Assembly (NCBI GenBank): GCA_964016885.1
Contig: OZ024741.1
Location: 86,986,001-87,050,000 of the forward strand
DNA: 64,000 nucleotides
From: Eledone cirrhosa
Lineage: Eukaryota
Reading direction: 5' to 3'
Shown here: piece by piece, positions 40,560 through 53,550 of the stretch
Position numbering within the stretch: position 1 is the first letter of the stretch
Layout: each line of letters opens with the position of its first letter
Position numbers and translations under genes: made by a program
Notes under the pieces: model-generated
What the model saw: the letters and a program-made list of their open reading frames with translations, nothing else
What the model was told of the DNA's origin: nothing
Database searches by the model: none

Positions 40560-41502
40560 GGTATGTGTATATATGTGTATAAAATATAGATAAAATGTGT
40601 GTGTGTGTGTGTGTATATATGTGTGTGTATGTATGTGTGTGTGTATATATGTATATGTATATGTATGTATATATATATGGGTGTGTATGTGTATGTATGT
40701 GTGTATATATATATGTATTTGTTGATATGTATTTGTATGTAATATATATGGACTGTAGATATATTTACATATATGGAAGTGAATATGTGAGGCAGCATGT
40801 CACCCCCCACACTTCCTCTCCCAAACCAATATCAACAACACATCTGTGACAAATGTTCCCAAACTATCCTTCTTTTCTCTTTTTCCTGTCATCCCATTCT
40901 TATCAAACGACATGTATCTTACACCTCATTAAAACCCAAACAAACACCTAAATTTATCTTTGATATAGAAATTTGTAGAAGATATTCTTTATGAATTTGG
41001 ATGAGTTGAAGGTCAGCTAATGAAATAAAACCAGCAGGAGAGTATGTTTACGACCACCTTCTCAAACACCCTTATCTTACAACCTCACAATTTTCTGAGT
41101 GTATATATATGTATGTGTATATGTGTGTGTATGTAAATGTGTGTGTGTGTGTATGTATGTATGCCTTAATTCCTCCGGACCTTCACCATCATCAACACTC
41201 ATTAACACCACACCCCACACCACAGACATATCCAAATCTCTCTTATATATAGTCACACATTTCAACACAACCTGATCTCAGTTTGACAAACGCCACAGAC
41301 AGACGAATGCGAGAAAGTTCTCCAACCCAAGTTAACCAGAAATCTCTAAAATTCTTCCCACCGAAGTTAACAAAGAACTTACTGGATCTACCAACTCATA
41401 ATATTATAATATTATAAAATTAAATCCAAAAATTTGTTAACACTACAAGTGAAGTCATTCTTTTCCTTTTTTTCAAATATATATATATATGTATATATAT
41501 AT

Positions 41503-41870
41503 ATCATAAATCATGTCCTTAGAATTATTAGATAAAATATATACCATTTCCTCTCCCAATTAGCATAATTAAGCATATAAAAAAAAAGTATTTAGTCAGT
41601 TTCTACATGCTGTTGAAATGTTGGATAAATACTCTATTGGGACCACCGCGAAGAGGCCGCTTTCGGTTATTTGTCGGAAATTTCTTCATAAGAGCCTTTA
41701 TTCTTATAGCTTGGTCTAATTGATTTTTTTATATGGTTAATTATGCTAATTGGGAGAGGAAATGGTATATATTTTATCTAATAATTCTAAGGACATGATT
41801 TATGATATATTGCTCTGATTATTTAATTTATTAATTCTTCATAGAGCCACAGCGTGACCGGTTGCAACAT
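41503..41870 (+). mobile_element. Fold-back mini-element in (TA)n
   Basis: ~85-bp inverted arms 41503-41588 and 41724-41808; tail ttgctctg...atagagcc...accggttg; no clear hammerhead. Confidence 0.65.
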
Positions 41871-42564
41871 ATATATCTATGACTTTATGTATATGTAAAC
41901 CTTTATATATATATATATGTATATATACATTAACATATGTATATATATACATTCATACACACACATATACATACGCATAAACTTGTCCATTTAACTCTAC
42001 ACAGATTTGTACTTTGGTTTCATATCCATGTGTAATACCTTTCAGAGAAACAAATAGATAGATTAGTAGATAGAGAGAAATAGAAAGATGAGTAAATTAG
42101 AACAAAAAGCATCCGATACCTGATTTCCTTGAGATACAACATTCCGAACATATCGATACAGCTATTTAAATTACTAATAGCTTTATTATTAAAAGAACGA
42201 ACAGCACTTCTTTATATTCAACCCCCAAAACCTACTTACCTCCAACTAATAAGCATAAAAACCACTGTCCATGCCAGAAATGAACTTTATAAATAGACAA
42301 CACATTTAGATGTAGCAAAAAAAAAAAAAGAAAATACTGAAGCTTCGAAGTCAACGTATATATATCTATATCTATCACCTATCTCATCCTTCCTCATTAT
42401 ACTCCTCCCTCTCCACTTTTTACTCTCATCTCCTCCTCTTTTTCACCCCCCCCCCCGTCAAAATAAAATATTTTTTCCAAATATCACACAAAACTACTTT
42501 TCATATGTTGATTTAAAACTGCACTATCCACAAGTGTTTTTTAACCTTCATATCATGTCTTCAT

Positions 42565-42631
42565 GTTTTATCTGATGAAAACAAATATTATTGCATGATG
42601 ATATTTGTTTTTGAAATGCGCATAATAAAAT
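42565..42631 (+). ncRNA. Type I hammerhead ribozyme
   Basis: gttttat-CTGATGA-aaacaaatattattg..tgatgatatttgttttt-GAAA-T-GCGC-A-TA-ataaaat. Confidence 0.78.
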
Positions 42632-42679
42632 ACATGGAACTCTTTTAACCATCTTTTGTTCTTATATATAATATATATA

Positions 42680-43677
42680 TAAAGGATAAAAAGGACGATT
42701 GATTATTCCTTCATTGCATTTATTGATAGGTGACGCGCGTTTCGCCACTGATCAGCTCAAGGTTCGATCTATATCGATCTTACCCGACTCAATAATCCGC
42801 AGCTCGACGGACCTTCCTGAAATGCTATAAGAAAACGAAATACATGCTATGTGATAAAGTCAGATATTCAAGAGTTTGACAAAATGAGTTGTTTTGATTG
42901 GTGGGAAGGGTCAAGGCGATGTACTGGCCTGTAGTGTATATGGGGGTGGGTGTGATGGTGAGATGTTGGTGACGATGGGTGGTTGAGATGGGCTGTGGTG
43001 TGGTGGTGGTTGATTGGCCTTGGCGTGTAGAGTATGTGTGGGTGTGGATGTCATGATATGGTGGTGGTTATGGTTGCTTAGTGGGATGGGCTGTGGTATG
43101 AGGTTAGTGGGTTGTCAGTAGACGGGTTGAAGTGTGTGTGGGGGTGTGGTATTGGTGCCGCTGTCTATGGTAGTGGTGTTTGTGGTGGTGTGACGGATGT
43201 ATTGGTGGCGTCAAGGTCAATACATAGCTAGTCGGTCATCGTCTGGCAGATGCTTTGTATATACTTATACACACACACATATATAGGTATATATGTGCAC
43301 ACATATTGTTGTATAAACACACCCAGCACACAACACATACGTACATCCTTGCCCACACATATCGACACACGGTCACACACGACCATATGTATATGTACAC
43401 ACATGTATGTGCGTATGCGCGTGCGGACACGAATATGAAGAGTGGGGGAGTATCGTTTGGGGTGGCGAACGACGGAGATGGGGGAGGAGGAAGGTGACAA
43501 GCAATGTAGAAGGTGTTTTACATACATACGTACACATACATATGCCCATACATACATATGGGTATGGGCACCTGGACTCACACTCCCGTATACAAAATAT
43601 ACACATACTCACTCACACACACGTATACTCTCGCACATATATACACACACATATATATACACACACACACACATACA

Positions 43678-43716
<39 letters not shown>

Positions 43717-43964
43717 GAAGTTCTAGTGAACTTTATTTATTTGTTACCTACTAGCCATGCGTGGTTACACGCTTGTAAAAATTATCTCCTGTGATTTTTC
43801 ATGTTTATATTTATTTATATATATGTTGATCAATTCCTAGTTATTAAAATGCTCGTACCTACAAAGTCCTAGAGCTTATTTTCCGGGCGATATGGCGCAT
43901 TCCGTTAAGGAATGGCACCCATAATTTTCGATTCTGATTGAATTCTTTTAATCTATCTTAATTT

Positions 43965-44040
<76 letters not shown>

Positions 44041-47000
44041 GATATACACACACACACTCATGTACATACAACACACAGATATACACGCACATATACATAT
44101 ACATGCACGCACAGGAGCTCACCTACACATATAGTCAGATTCACCCATATACCTATATGTAGACGTGCACATATACACACATACATACACATACGCATAG
44201 ACACACACACATACACATACGCATACACATACACATATATATGTATACAGATACGTACCCTCACATACACACATGTATACACCTGCGCTCACATACACAC
44301 ACACACATACAATAACTATGCGTACACACACGCACCCTCATACGTCCGTATGTGTAAGAATACTTACACACCGACACACACGCTATTGTTGGTTGGGGAG
44401 TGGGGGTGTGCGGTGTTGGTGTTGGTGAAGTATGGAGTTGTGTTTTGTGGTGGTGGTGGTGGAGTTGTGAGGGACAAACATATATATACAGGATCAAATA
44501 CGGGTTAGAAGGTGTTTATGGACGTACGGCGATGTGTGTTGTGGACATGGTGATGGTGGTGGTGCTGGGGTGATGTGTTCGACAAGATGATTACATGATC
44601 AGAGGTTATGGCAGACGGGGGGTGGGGGGGGGGTCTATAATACAGTCGATCTGGGAGCGAGGGGTGATATGTGTTGATGATGTTAATGATAATGATTGTT
44701 GAGGTATTTGGATGTATCTAGTGGTGGCTGTGGTTGTGTGTGCGTGCGACAGTACAATTACAGGGTCGAATTTAGCGTGGGGTTGTAGGTTAGGGTAGAT
44801 AGAGGGTACATGGGGGGATGAGGTTGTAGGCGTGTATGGTAGGCATATGACTTTGTGTGGTGTGGTGGTGGTGGCGATGGTGTGATATGATCGACATTGT
44901 ATTTACAAGGTCCCTTGTCATTGTGGATTGCAAGGCAGAACGTATCATAGGATACCGATCTAATACGATACCGATCTAATACGATGAGGTGTGTATGTTG
45001 ATGTGAATTTCGGTGATGGTGATGGTGATGTGTGCGGGCTTAGAAATGGTTACATGGAGTACAATACAATAAGTTCATTGAGGTGGGCGATGTTGAGACA
45101 GGGTATATGTGGTTATTAATATGGTGTGTCGTGGTTAGTGTGATTTTTAGTGTGGGTTATGTATGCGGCATGATATACAAAATACGGGCTTACATATGGT
45201 TAAATGCAATGCAATGAAATAAGATAAAGTGAAGTTAGATTAGAATTAAAGTTCGTTGAGATGGGCGATGGTGATACGGGGCAGATGTGGTTATTATTAT
45301 GGTGGGTCATGGTTAGTGCGTGGTCCTCCCGCGAAAGTTTGTGCAGAAAAGGTGTGCATCCTAGTGTGTCTGCAATTGACAATTATGTCCGACCTATAGT
45401 TTATGGCGGGATCAAGTTTAATTATTTCCGCCGCCTCAGCTAGGCATAATCTGCAGTGGTTTCTGTCACTGGGGATGTATGCCACGCGTCTTTTTACTGA
45501 CCACGAAATCTGGGGTTCAATATTCCTGTCCTTGAGGTCCCAGATCAGGTCGGCCAGTTTTGTTTGGGGTCGTTTCGATCTAGGTTTGAAGGAGCTTCTG
45601 TGGTTATACCAGCGCTCCTTAAACGTAGTGGATGTCGCACCTATATATGAGTACTCCTTATTGCCGGCTGTGACATCGTACCGGTAAACAATATTCTTAA
45701 CGAGGCACTCCCCGTTTAGTGGGCATTCGTCTCGTTTTTTGCAGTTGCATTTGGGTGTAACCGGTGCGGTGGCACGATGGCGGTTGGTGTCGTGCGGTGT
45801 GGGTGTGGTGTGTGTGTTGTTGTGTTGTGTTGTGTGTGTGGTTTCGTTCTGGGTTGTGGTGGTGGTTTGTTGAGGGGAAACCATATGTTTTTGTATTTTT
45901 GCCCTATTATTGTGTGCTATTGTGTGGCCTAGGTTTGGTGCTGTGGAGAAAGAGAATTTTACGGTGTGTTTATTGAAGAGCTTGTGGTCTTTGTGTGTGT
46001 GTGGAAAAGATTGTTCGAGAGCCCTGAAAAAGGTTCCCGGTATGTTAGTGGCGACGTGTATAGAATAGGGGGGGGGGGGGGTTATACCACGTGACAGGTC
46101 TACTTCGGTTTATGCGTTGTTTAGTGAGGTTTTTGTGGTTGGATGGTAGTTTGTGTGTGTTTTGGTCAGGCGTATGTTTCAAATAGGTTCCAGGTAATCT
46201 ATTGGCGTTATGTCCCTTGTCTCTAGTGGTACGCAAACGTGTGCGACAGTCGGAGTTGTTATTGGGGCTGGAGAGTATGTTATGTGTGGTGCTGTCTGCG
46301 CTGCCGGCTAGGGGGCGTCTAAGGTTATTGTGTGTCCTATGTGTGGAGGTTTCTTCTAAGTTCGTTTCTAAGGGTCCTGCTATGTTTAGCTGTGTTACGG
46401 TTCTATTTGGGTCGATGTAAGAAATCTTCTCAGTATAACCAGTGTTTATAAGTGCGGAGTCATAGTATTCCGCGTGCTGCTTGAAGATGTTTTCGTTAGC
46501 CGACAGTGTGGACACTCTGTTGGAGACGCTTTTAACTATAGAGTTAATTATGCTCTTAGGGTGGTTGGAGTGTCTATTGACGTATCTAAGATTTTCATTA
46601 GGTTTGTGGTATGGACGGTAGAGGCCTGAGTCTAATTCTAGGGTGACGTCTAAGAAGTTAACTGTCCTATTGTTAGGTTCAATTTCTACTGCTAAACCTT
46701 GGGTCCTAAAGATGTACCTAAGTCGTTTGTGTATTCTATTCAGTTGGCTGTTATTAAGTCCACAGGTCATTAGTAGGGCATCATCCCGGTATAAGCCAAG
46801 GAGGGGATCTCGTCCGTTAATATGTTTAGGAGGTATATGCCTACTACATCTGTAACCTGTGCCGAGTCAGTCGATCCCATGGTGATGTCGAAGCTATCTG
46901 GTCTATTCTGTCGTTCCCAAAGTCTTCCGTCGAATTCTAGTAAAGTTTTCCTAGCTGTTATTATTATGTCTACTTCTCTTCTAGTGAGGCTTGATCTGTT

Positions 47001-47130
47001 CATGGCTGAGATCAGTGCCTTGTTAAGGATGATTGGGGATATAGATGCGTAGTAGTTCGTAATGTCCAATTGGACTAATCGAACATTCGACTTAGTTTCA
47101 ATGGCACAAAACCACTCTATTACCTCCTAA
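42680..47130 (-). mobile_element. Penelope-like element C, 5'-truncated and frameshifted, with a long CA-rich 3'UTR
   Basis: Minus ORF pieces DITNYYASISP, MGSTDSAQV, FLDVTLEL, WYNPP, CNCKKRDECPL, IVYRY...YIGAT, CRLC (45297-47069); putative pLTR end GAAA-C-GCGC-G-TC...aataaa at ~42720-42745. The left boundary is inferred. Confidence 0.82.
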
Positions 47131-47514
47131 ATAATTTTAATTTATGTATATATATATATACATAAATTAAAATTATTTGTTTCTAATACTAAGATATCTC
47201 AATGAAAGGTTAAAATATACAGATAAAATATCACCCAGAGAAGTAATTAAACATATTAAACTTATGCCAAAATCTCAATTTAGGCGAGTATAAGTCTGAC
47301 CGACTTAAATAAGTTAGTTTAACTCATATAATCATCACTCTACCATGGTTTCCAGAACAAAGAAACAATATTAATTATTTCAAATCATTGGAACAACCAA
47401 TAGTGGAAGAATTTATACTGTCATTAGAGGAGAATTCTTTGGAATAAGAAGAGATATTGATCATAAAGTATACAGACCATTTCGCTGCCGAAACCACACA
47501 CACACACACACACA

Positions 47515-47634
<120 letters not shown>

Positions 47635-47709
47635 AAGGTGATAACTTTGATAACTTTGATAGGTGTCGGCCAGTATTGGCCCAGGCCATGTCTAACTTAA
47701 TAGCACCAC

Positions 47710-50650
47710 CTAGCGAAGTCTTACAAACCAGGGTTTGGGCACCATCACCCACTCGAGCAGAGAGTTTTTGTTTACGGAGGCATATCCGGGTGTAGGAGGC
47801 TTATCCGGGATTTCTTGAAGGAATTTGTCCAAAGACTTCTTGAACTTGATGGGGTCTGTGTCTGCTTTGATGTGTTTTGGTGTAATGTTAAAGAGAGCAG
47901 GGCCAATTGAGGTGAAATAATTGTGCCGTATTGTTGTTATGAGATGCGAGTGAGATTTTTGTCGTGGGCGGATAGTACGGGGCCCAAGCCTTGGGTGTAC
48001 ATTAAAGGTGATGCTAACATCATTTGGGCAAAGCTGATGGAATATTTTCCACATCATGCAGATAATGTAGCGCTCACGGCGATGTTGGAGAGAATAAAGG
48101 TTGAGCTTTTCTAATCGACTCCAATAGTCAAGGCCTGTCATACCATCTATCTTTTTTGTAATCGATCTTTGGGGTGCTTCAACTTTAATGATACTTTGTT
48201 TCGTGTTGGGAGACCACAGTGGACAACCGTATTCAAAGTGGGGTCGGGCAAAAGTGGAGAAGAGAAGGACAACAGTGTGGATATCTCTCGACTGGAAGGT
48301 TCTGTGAATCCAGGAACACATCTGCGGGCCATGTCAACTTTGCTGTTTATATGAGTGGCCTAGCTTATGTTGTTGTCCACAATTACTCCCAGGTCTCTGA
48401 TGTTGTTGGATGCCACTAGAGTTTCACACGAAGGAAGAGAGTATGGTAGTTTCAGGGCATCCTTTTTTCCAAAGTGGATTAATTCAAACTTATCCTCATT
48501 CAACAGCATATTATTCTTTTCTGCCCATTGGATAACAGCCAGTAGGTCTGACTGAAGGCAAGTCCGGTCACCCACCTAATTGATGACCCTTTGGAGCTTG
48601 GAATCATCTGCGAAGATTCTTATGTTGCTGTGCTTGAGGATGTCAGTAATGTCATTAATGTAGATGATGAAAAGAAGTGGGCCCAACACAGTGCCTTGTG
48701 GGGCGCCACTGCTGTCTTTGGCAGGGCTTGATTTTACTCCTTCGACTACAACATGCTGGGTTCTGCCTGTCAGGAAACATTTGATCCACTGTAGTAACCT
48801 TCCAGAGACACCAACATTGGATAGTTTTTTTCAGTAGAATTTTATGATCAACCCTGTCGAAGGCCTTGCTGAAGTCAAGGTAGATGACATCAGTGTTGGA
48901 GCCCTCTCCCAAGGCTCTCAAAACATCGTCAAAGTGATACAGGAGCTGCGTTAGGCAGTCCCTTCCATTACGGAACTCATATTGGTTGGAGTTCAGCAGG
49001 CCGTTGCTTTCAAGAAAGTGGGTTATTCCTGATCTCACCACGCTCTCAAATACCTTGATAATATGAGAGGTGAGTGAGATCAGACGGTAGTTCACTGCAA
49101 GAGACTTATTTCCCTTTTTGAAGACTAGGACAACGGACTGGGACAGAAAGTTTCCAGGAATATAGCCAGTATCCAGTGAGTTCCTCCACAGATTAGCGAG
49201 AGGAGATGCAAGTTGGTGTCGACACACCTTCAAGACACAAGCAGAGAACCTGTCGGGGCCTACTGCTGAATTGTGTTTAATTTCGTTTATTGCCGCTGAG
49301 GCATCAGGAGCGCGAAACGTTATGTCCGATATAGTGTGTTGAGGATTAACATCATTTATACAGCCCAGACCGATCATATCAGGATTGCTGAAAACAGAGC
49401 AGTATTGTTTCTGCAGTATCTCGCCCATGGTTTTGGCATTATCTTGGAGTGTGCCATTTTCATCAGCTAGAGGGCTAACAGTGGAGACAGTGACCTTGTG
49501 TTTTTTTCGCAAATGAAAAGAACACTTTGGGGTTGAGTTTCATTTTCTCAATGGCCTACCTCTCTTCAGATGTTCTCTGGTTATTGATGATGGTCTTCAT
49601 GCATTGCTGTAGGTTATATTTTTTTGATTCAAGCAGAGCAATAGCCGTCGAATGTGTGTGTTGCTGTTGGCAGTATTTTAGTGTGTTAATTTTTTTGTTT
49701 GTTCTTTTTATTTTTCTGATAATTGTTTTTCTGCTTTGGGGGATACTGCACTTAGTTTTGTTCACAGGTTTTGGTGGGGTGTGTTTTGTACATATATTTG
49801 TGACAGTGTCTACAAAGATCTGCCAAAATGTTTTGATGTTGGTGGAAATGTGTGCGTGTGTAAAAGACCAGTCAACATGTGATAGTTCGTTCATAATTGC
49901 ATCCCAGTTGGAATTGTAGAGATCCATGTTATCAAATGGGTGGGCTGGAAAGAGGTTCCTAGGATTAGCTTTCGGCTGGTGGAATCTCAGGTTACAAAGA
50001 ACCATGTCATGGTCTGAGAGAAGGGTTTTTTTCACTGTAATATTATGTATAGTGTTAGTGTGGTTACTAAACACTAGATTCAGAATGTTCTTCTGATGCC
50101 TTGTTGGTGCAAGGACAAGTTGGGACAAGACAAACTCATTCATGAAGTCAAGAAGTGACTCGATTGTTTCTTTGTCAATGGTTGAGGTTGTAGACCAATC
50201 GACACAGGGTAGATTAAAGTCTCCCATCAAAAATATGTTGCTAGAATGGCACTGTTTAATAAAGCATTTAATGCTGTTGAGGCATTCTTTGAAGCAGATT
50301 ATGGATGTTTGTGGTGGCCTATAGAGCCCAACTAATATCAGGTCATTGGCTTTGTTGTGCACAGTGACTGATTCACAGTAGCCATTGGAGAATGTTGTGT
50401 TACCATCTGCTGTAAAGGAATCATGCAGGAAAATGGCAGTTCCACCCTTTCTTCTGCCAACACGATCCGCGGGGATGGTTGTGAAATTCCTCACTCTTAC
50501 TTCGGCCTCCAAGTGCGAGTTGTCAAGGTGGGTCTCAGTAAGAATGAAGAAAGGGATGTGAAATGGATGGTTTCCAACCCAATCCTCAATGAATTGGATC
50601 TTCCATTTCTATGCATTGATGGATGGGCTGATACCTTGTGTATTGAGTAA
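47710..50650 (-). pseudogene. LINE ORF2 (APE endonuclease plus RT), fragmented
   Basis: ORF pieces 49556-50512, 48655-49512, 48360-48575 and 47710-48321, separated by frameshifts or stops. Confidence 0.88.
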
Positions 50651-50799
50651 AAATGTGGAGGCTAGTGTGGTGGCTGGTTTTGACTGTTGCAGAGGGCTTG
50701 TTATGAGATTGTGTGTTAGTGAAGCAAAGATGGTGTTGGGTGGTGGGTAAAATGTTTTTCTGTATCTCTTTTGCCAGGATCAACATGGTTAAAAAAGAA

Positions 50800-52015
50800 A
50801 AATGTTCTTGTTCAGGGATCAGTTTTTGATTGGATTTGTGGTTACACCATTGGATAGGGTTGCAGTTCCCTCTTTTGTTGTTGTTGTATTTGTTGTAATT
50901 GTATCTTTATGAAAAGACTGGAGCAGCATTACTTTTATTGTTGTTGTATTTGTTGTTGTAATCGTGTCTTTGTGAAAAGACTGGAGCATTATTACTTTTG
51001 TTGTTGTTTTTGTTGTTGTATTCGTGTCTTTGTGAGAAGACTGGAGCAGCATCACTGCAGCGGGGGGTGGCTTTGTTGTGGTTTGTGTGTTAGCATGGAG
51101 CCCCTTTTCTGTTTGTGCGTTGTGTCCCAGGAAGATGAGTGAAGGGACAGTCAGTCAGCAGACATAGTCTCTCACGTTGGGAATGTCGGCAGATTTTGGG
51201 ACTCCGACTTATGCGTGTGAGCAGCGCGCTTCGGTGTTGACTGGCAGTGTTAGTGCGTCTAGTACCCGGTAAATGGGTAAATATACAGTCGCTACGTGTG
51301 CATAGCCTCTGATGTAGTGAGTAGCGGCATATTTTGGAGTTTCTAGTTTGTGTAGTGGGGGTGGGGGGGGGGGTGCATACAGCTCCATAGATTTTTTAAA
51401 AAAAGTTCTTTTGACTACAGTATGACTGTGGTGGTGATGTGGGGGGGAAGACAGCAGTGGTTTTTCATTGATAGTAGTTGACATGGTAGAATACAATAGG
51501 GGCAGTGGTTGTGACGATGATGATGATGACAACTGTGGTGGAGGCTGTGAGAGTGGTGGGAGAGAAAGCAGTGGTCCATTACTAGCAGTTGATATGGCAG
51601 AAGATGATGACGGTGATGATGATGGTGATGGCGATAAGGATGACTGAGAAAGTGGTGGAGGGATACTGTCGTTCAATAACTCAGCTATTATGCTTGAATT
51701 CAGTAGTGGTGGCGGTGGTGGTGGCTCCTGATTTTCTGGCTGTTGTTGTTGTTGTTGTTGTTGTTGTTGTGGCTGTTGTTGTTGTTGTTGTTGTGGCTGT
51801 TGTTGTTGTTGTTGTTGTGGCTGTTGTTGTGTTTGACCATTGGAGTAAATATGTCGAAGTTTTTCAAAATCGTTTTGAATTAGTTTGAAAGAGACTTCGA
51901 CTTGTTTTAGTTTGTTGTGTATCTGCTTGACCTGCTTGACCTGCTTGACCTGCTTGACCTGCTTGACCTGCTTGACCTGCTTGACCTGTTTGGGCTGTTT
52001 TTTCCGCAATCTCAT
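50800..52015 (-). pseudogene. Putative LINE ORF1: QVK repeats, poly-Q/P/S and CCCH-like fingers
   Basis: Lies upstream of the APE on the same strand; 9-bp repeat (caagcaggt)n at ~51922-51990; Cys/His motifs around 51140-51330 across frames. Confidence 0.55.
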
Positions 52016-52156
52016 TCAGACACGAAGCGTTAATGTTTATTGTTTAGGACAGGAGAAAACCAGGTGTTTATTAAGAGGTCAATTTCATTATCAGACCAAT
52101 TTCGTCTGTTGTAGGCTTGCTGGTCAGTAGTCATATATATATATATATATATATAT

Positions 52157-52272
52157 CACCTTGATCACCTTGACCGACCAGTGTGTCGGGCGCCATTCGG
52201 GGCCGCTGGTCACAGCACGTGCTGTTTTAACCATACGATGACGCCATCCCACTGGCTGGGCGGGCAGGCCGA
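52157..52272 (-). mobile_element. SINE family 1, 3' fragment
   Basis: Matches 2658-2775, including tcaccttgatcaccttga. Confidence 0.85.
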
Positions 52273-52369
52273 TATATATATATATATATATTTTCCTTGT
52301 GTGTGTTTTTAGATATTTGATATGTGATATTTGGTTGTTTGAAGATATTCAAGGAAAAACAAGTGTATA

Positions 52370-52555
52370 TAATTGTTTCTACTTTAGGCACAAGGCCAGC
52401 AATTATCCAGTGCATTACTGGTACTTTATTTTATCGACCCCGTAAGGATGAAAGGCAAAGTCAACCTCGGCGGGATTTGAACTCAGATCGTAAAGGGACG
52501 TAACTATGCTGGAAAGCATGGCGTCCGACCCTCTACCGATACTGCCAATCCACTG
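52370..52555 (-). mobile_element. SINE family 2
   Basis: Reverse-complement homolog of 59536-59735. Confidence 0.85.
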
Positions 52556-52863
52556 TATATAATAATTTGTAGTTAAGTAAAATTGCTTGAAAGTTTGTAG
52601 GAAAAACACGTGTATTTTTATATACTTTTTCCTTATATTAGTGAGCCTTTGGTTATTTGAAGATATTAAAGTAGCGTGTATATATATTGGTAATATCACG
52701 GAAAATATATTTAAGGATCTGTTTTTCTTTTTTTTCCTTATTTGATTCGTCAAAGTGGCATTATTGAAAAAATGAGAGGGACAATTCTTTAAAAAAAAGT
52801 TTTACTACATACATACATACATACATACATACATACATACATACACACACGCATATATATATA

Positions 52864-53457
<594 letters not shown>

Positions 53458-53550
53458 ATTAACATACACACACTTTTATGTGTTAAATGCAATATATATG
53501 TGTGTCTGTGTATGTGTATGCGCGAGTGTGTATGTATATATACATACATA

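Noticed and set aside
51209-52015. Poly-Q host transcription factor exon
   Set aside because: Contiguous and co-oriented with LINE ORF2 inside TA-flanked boundaries; better explained as ORF1.
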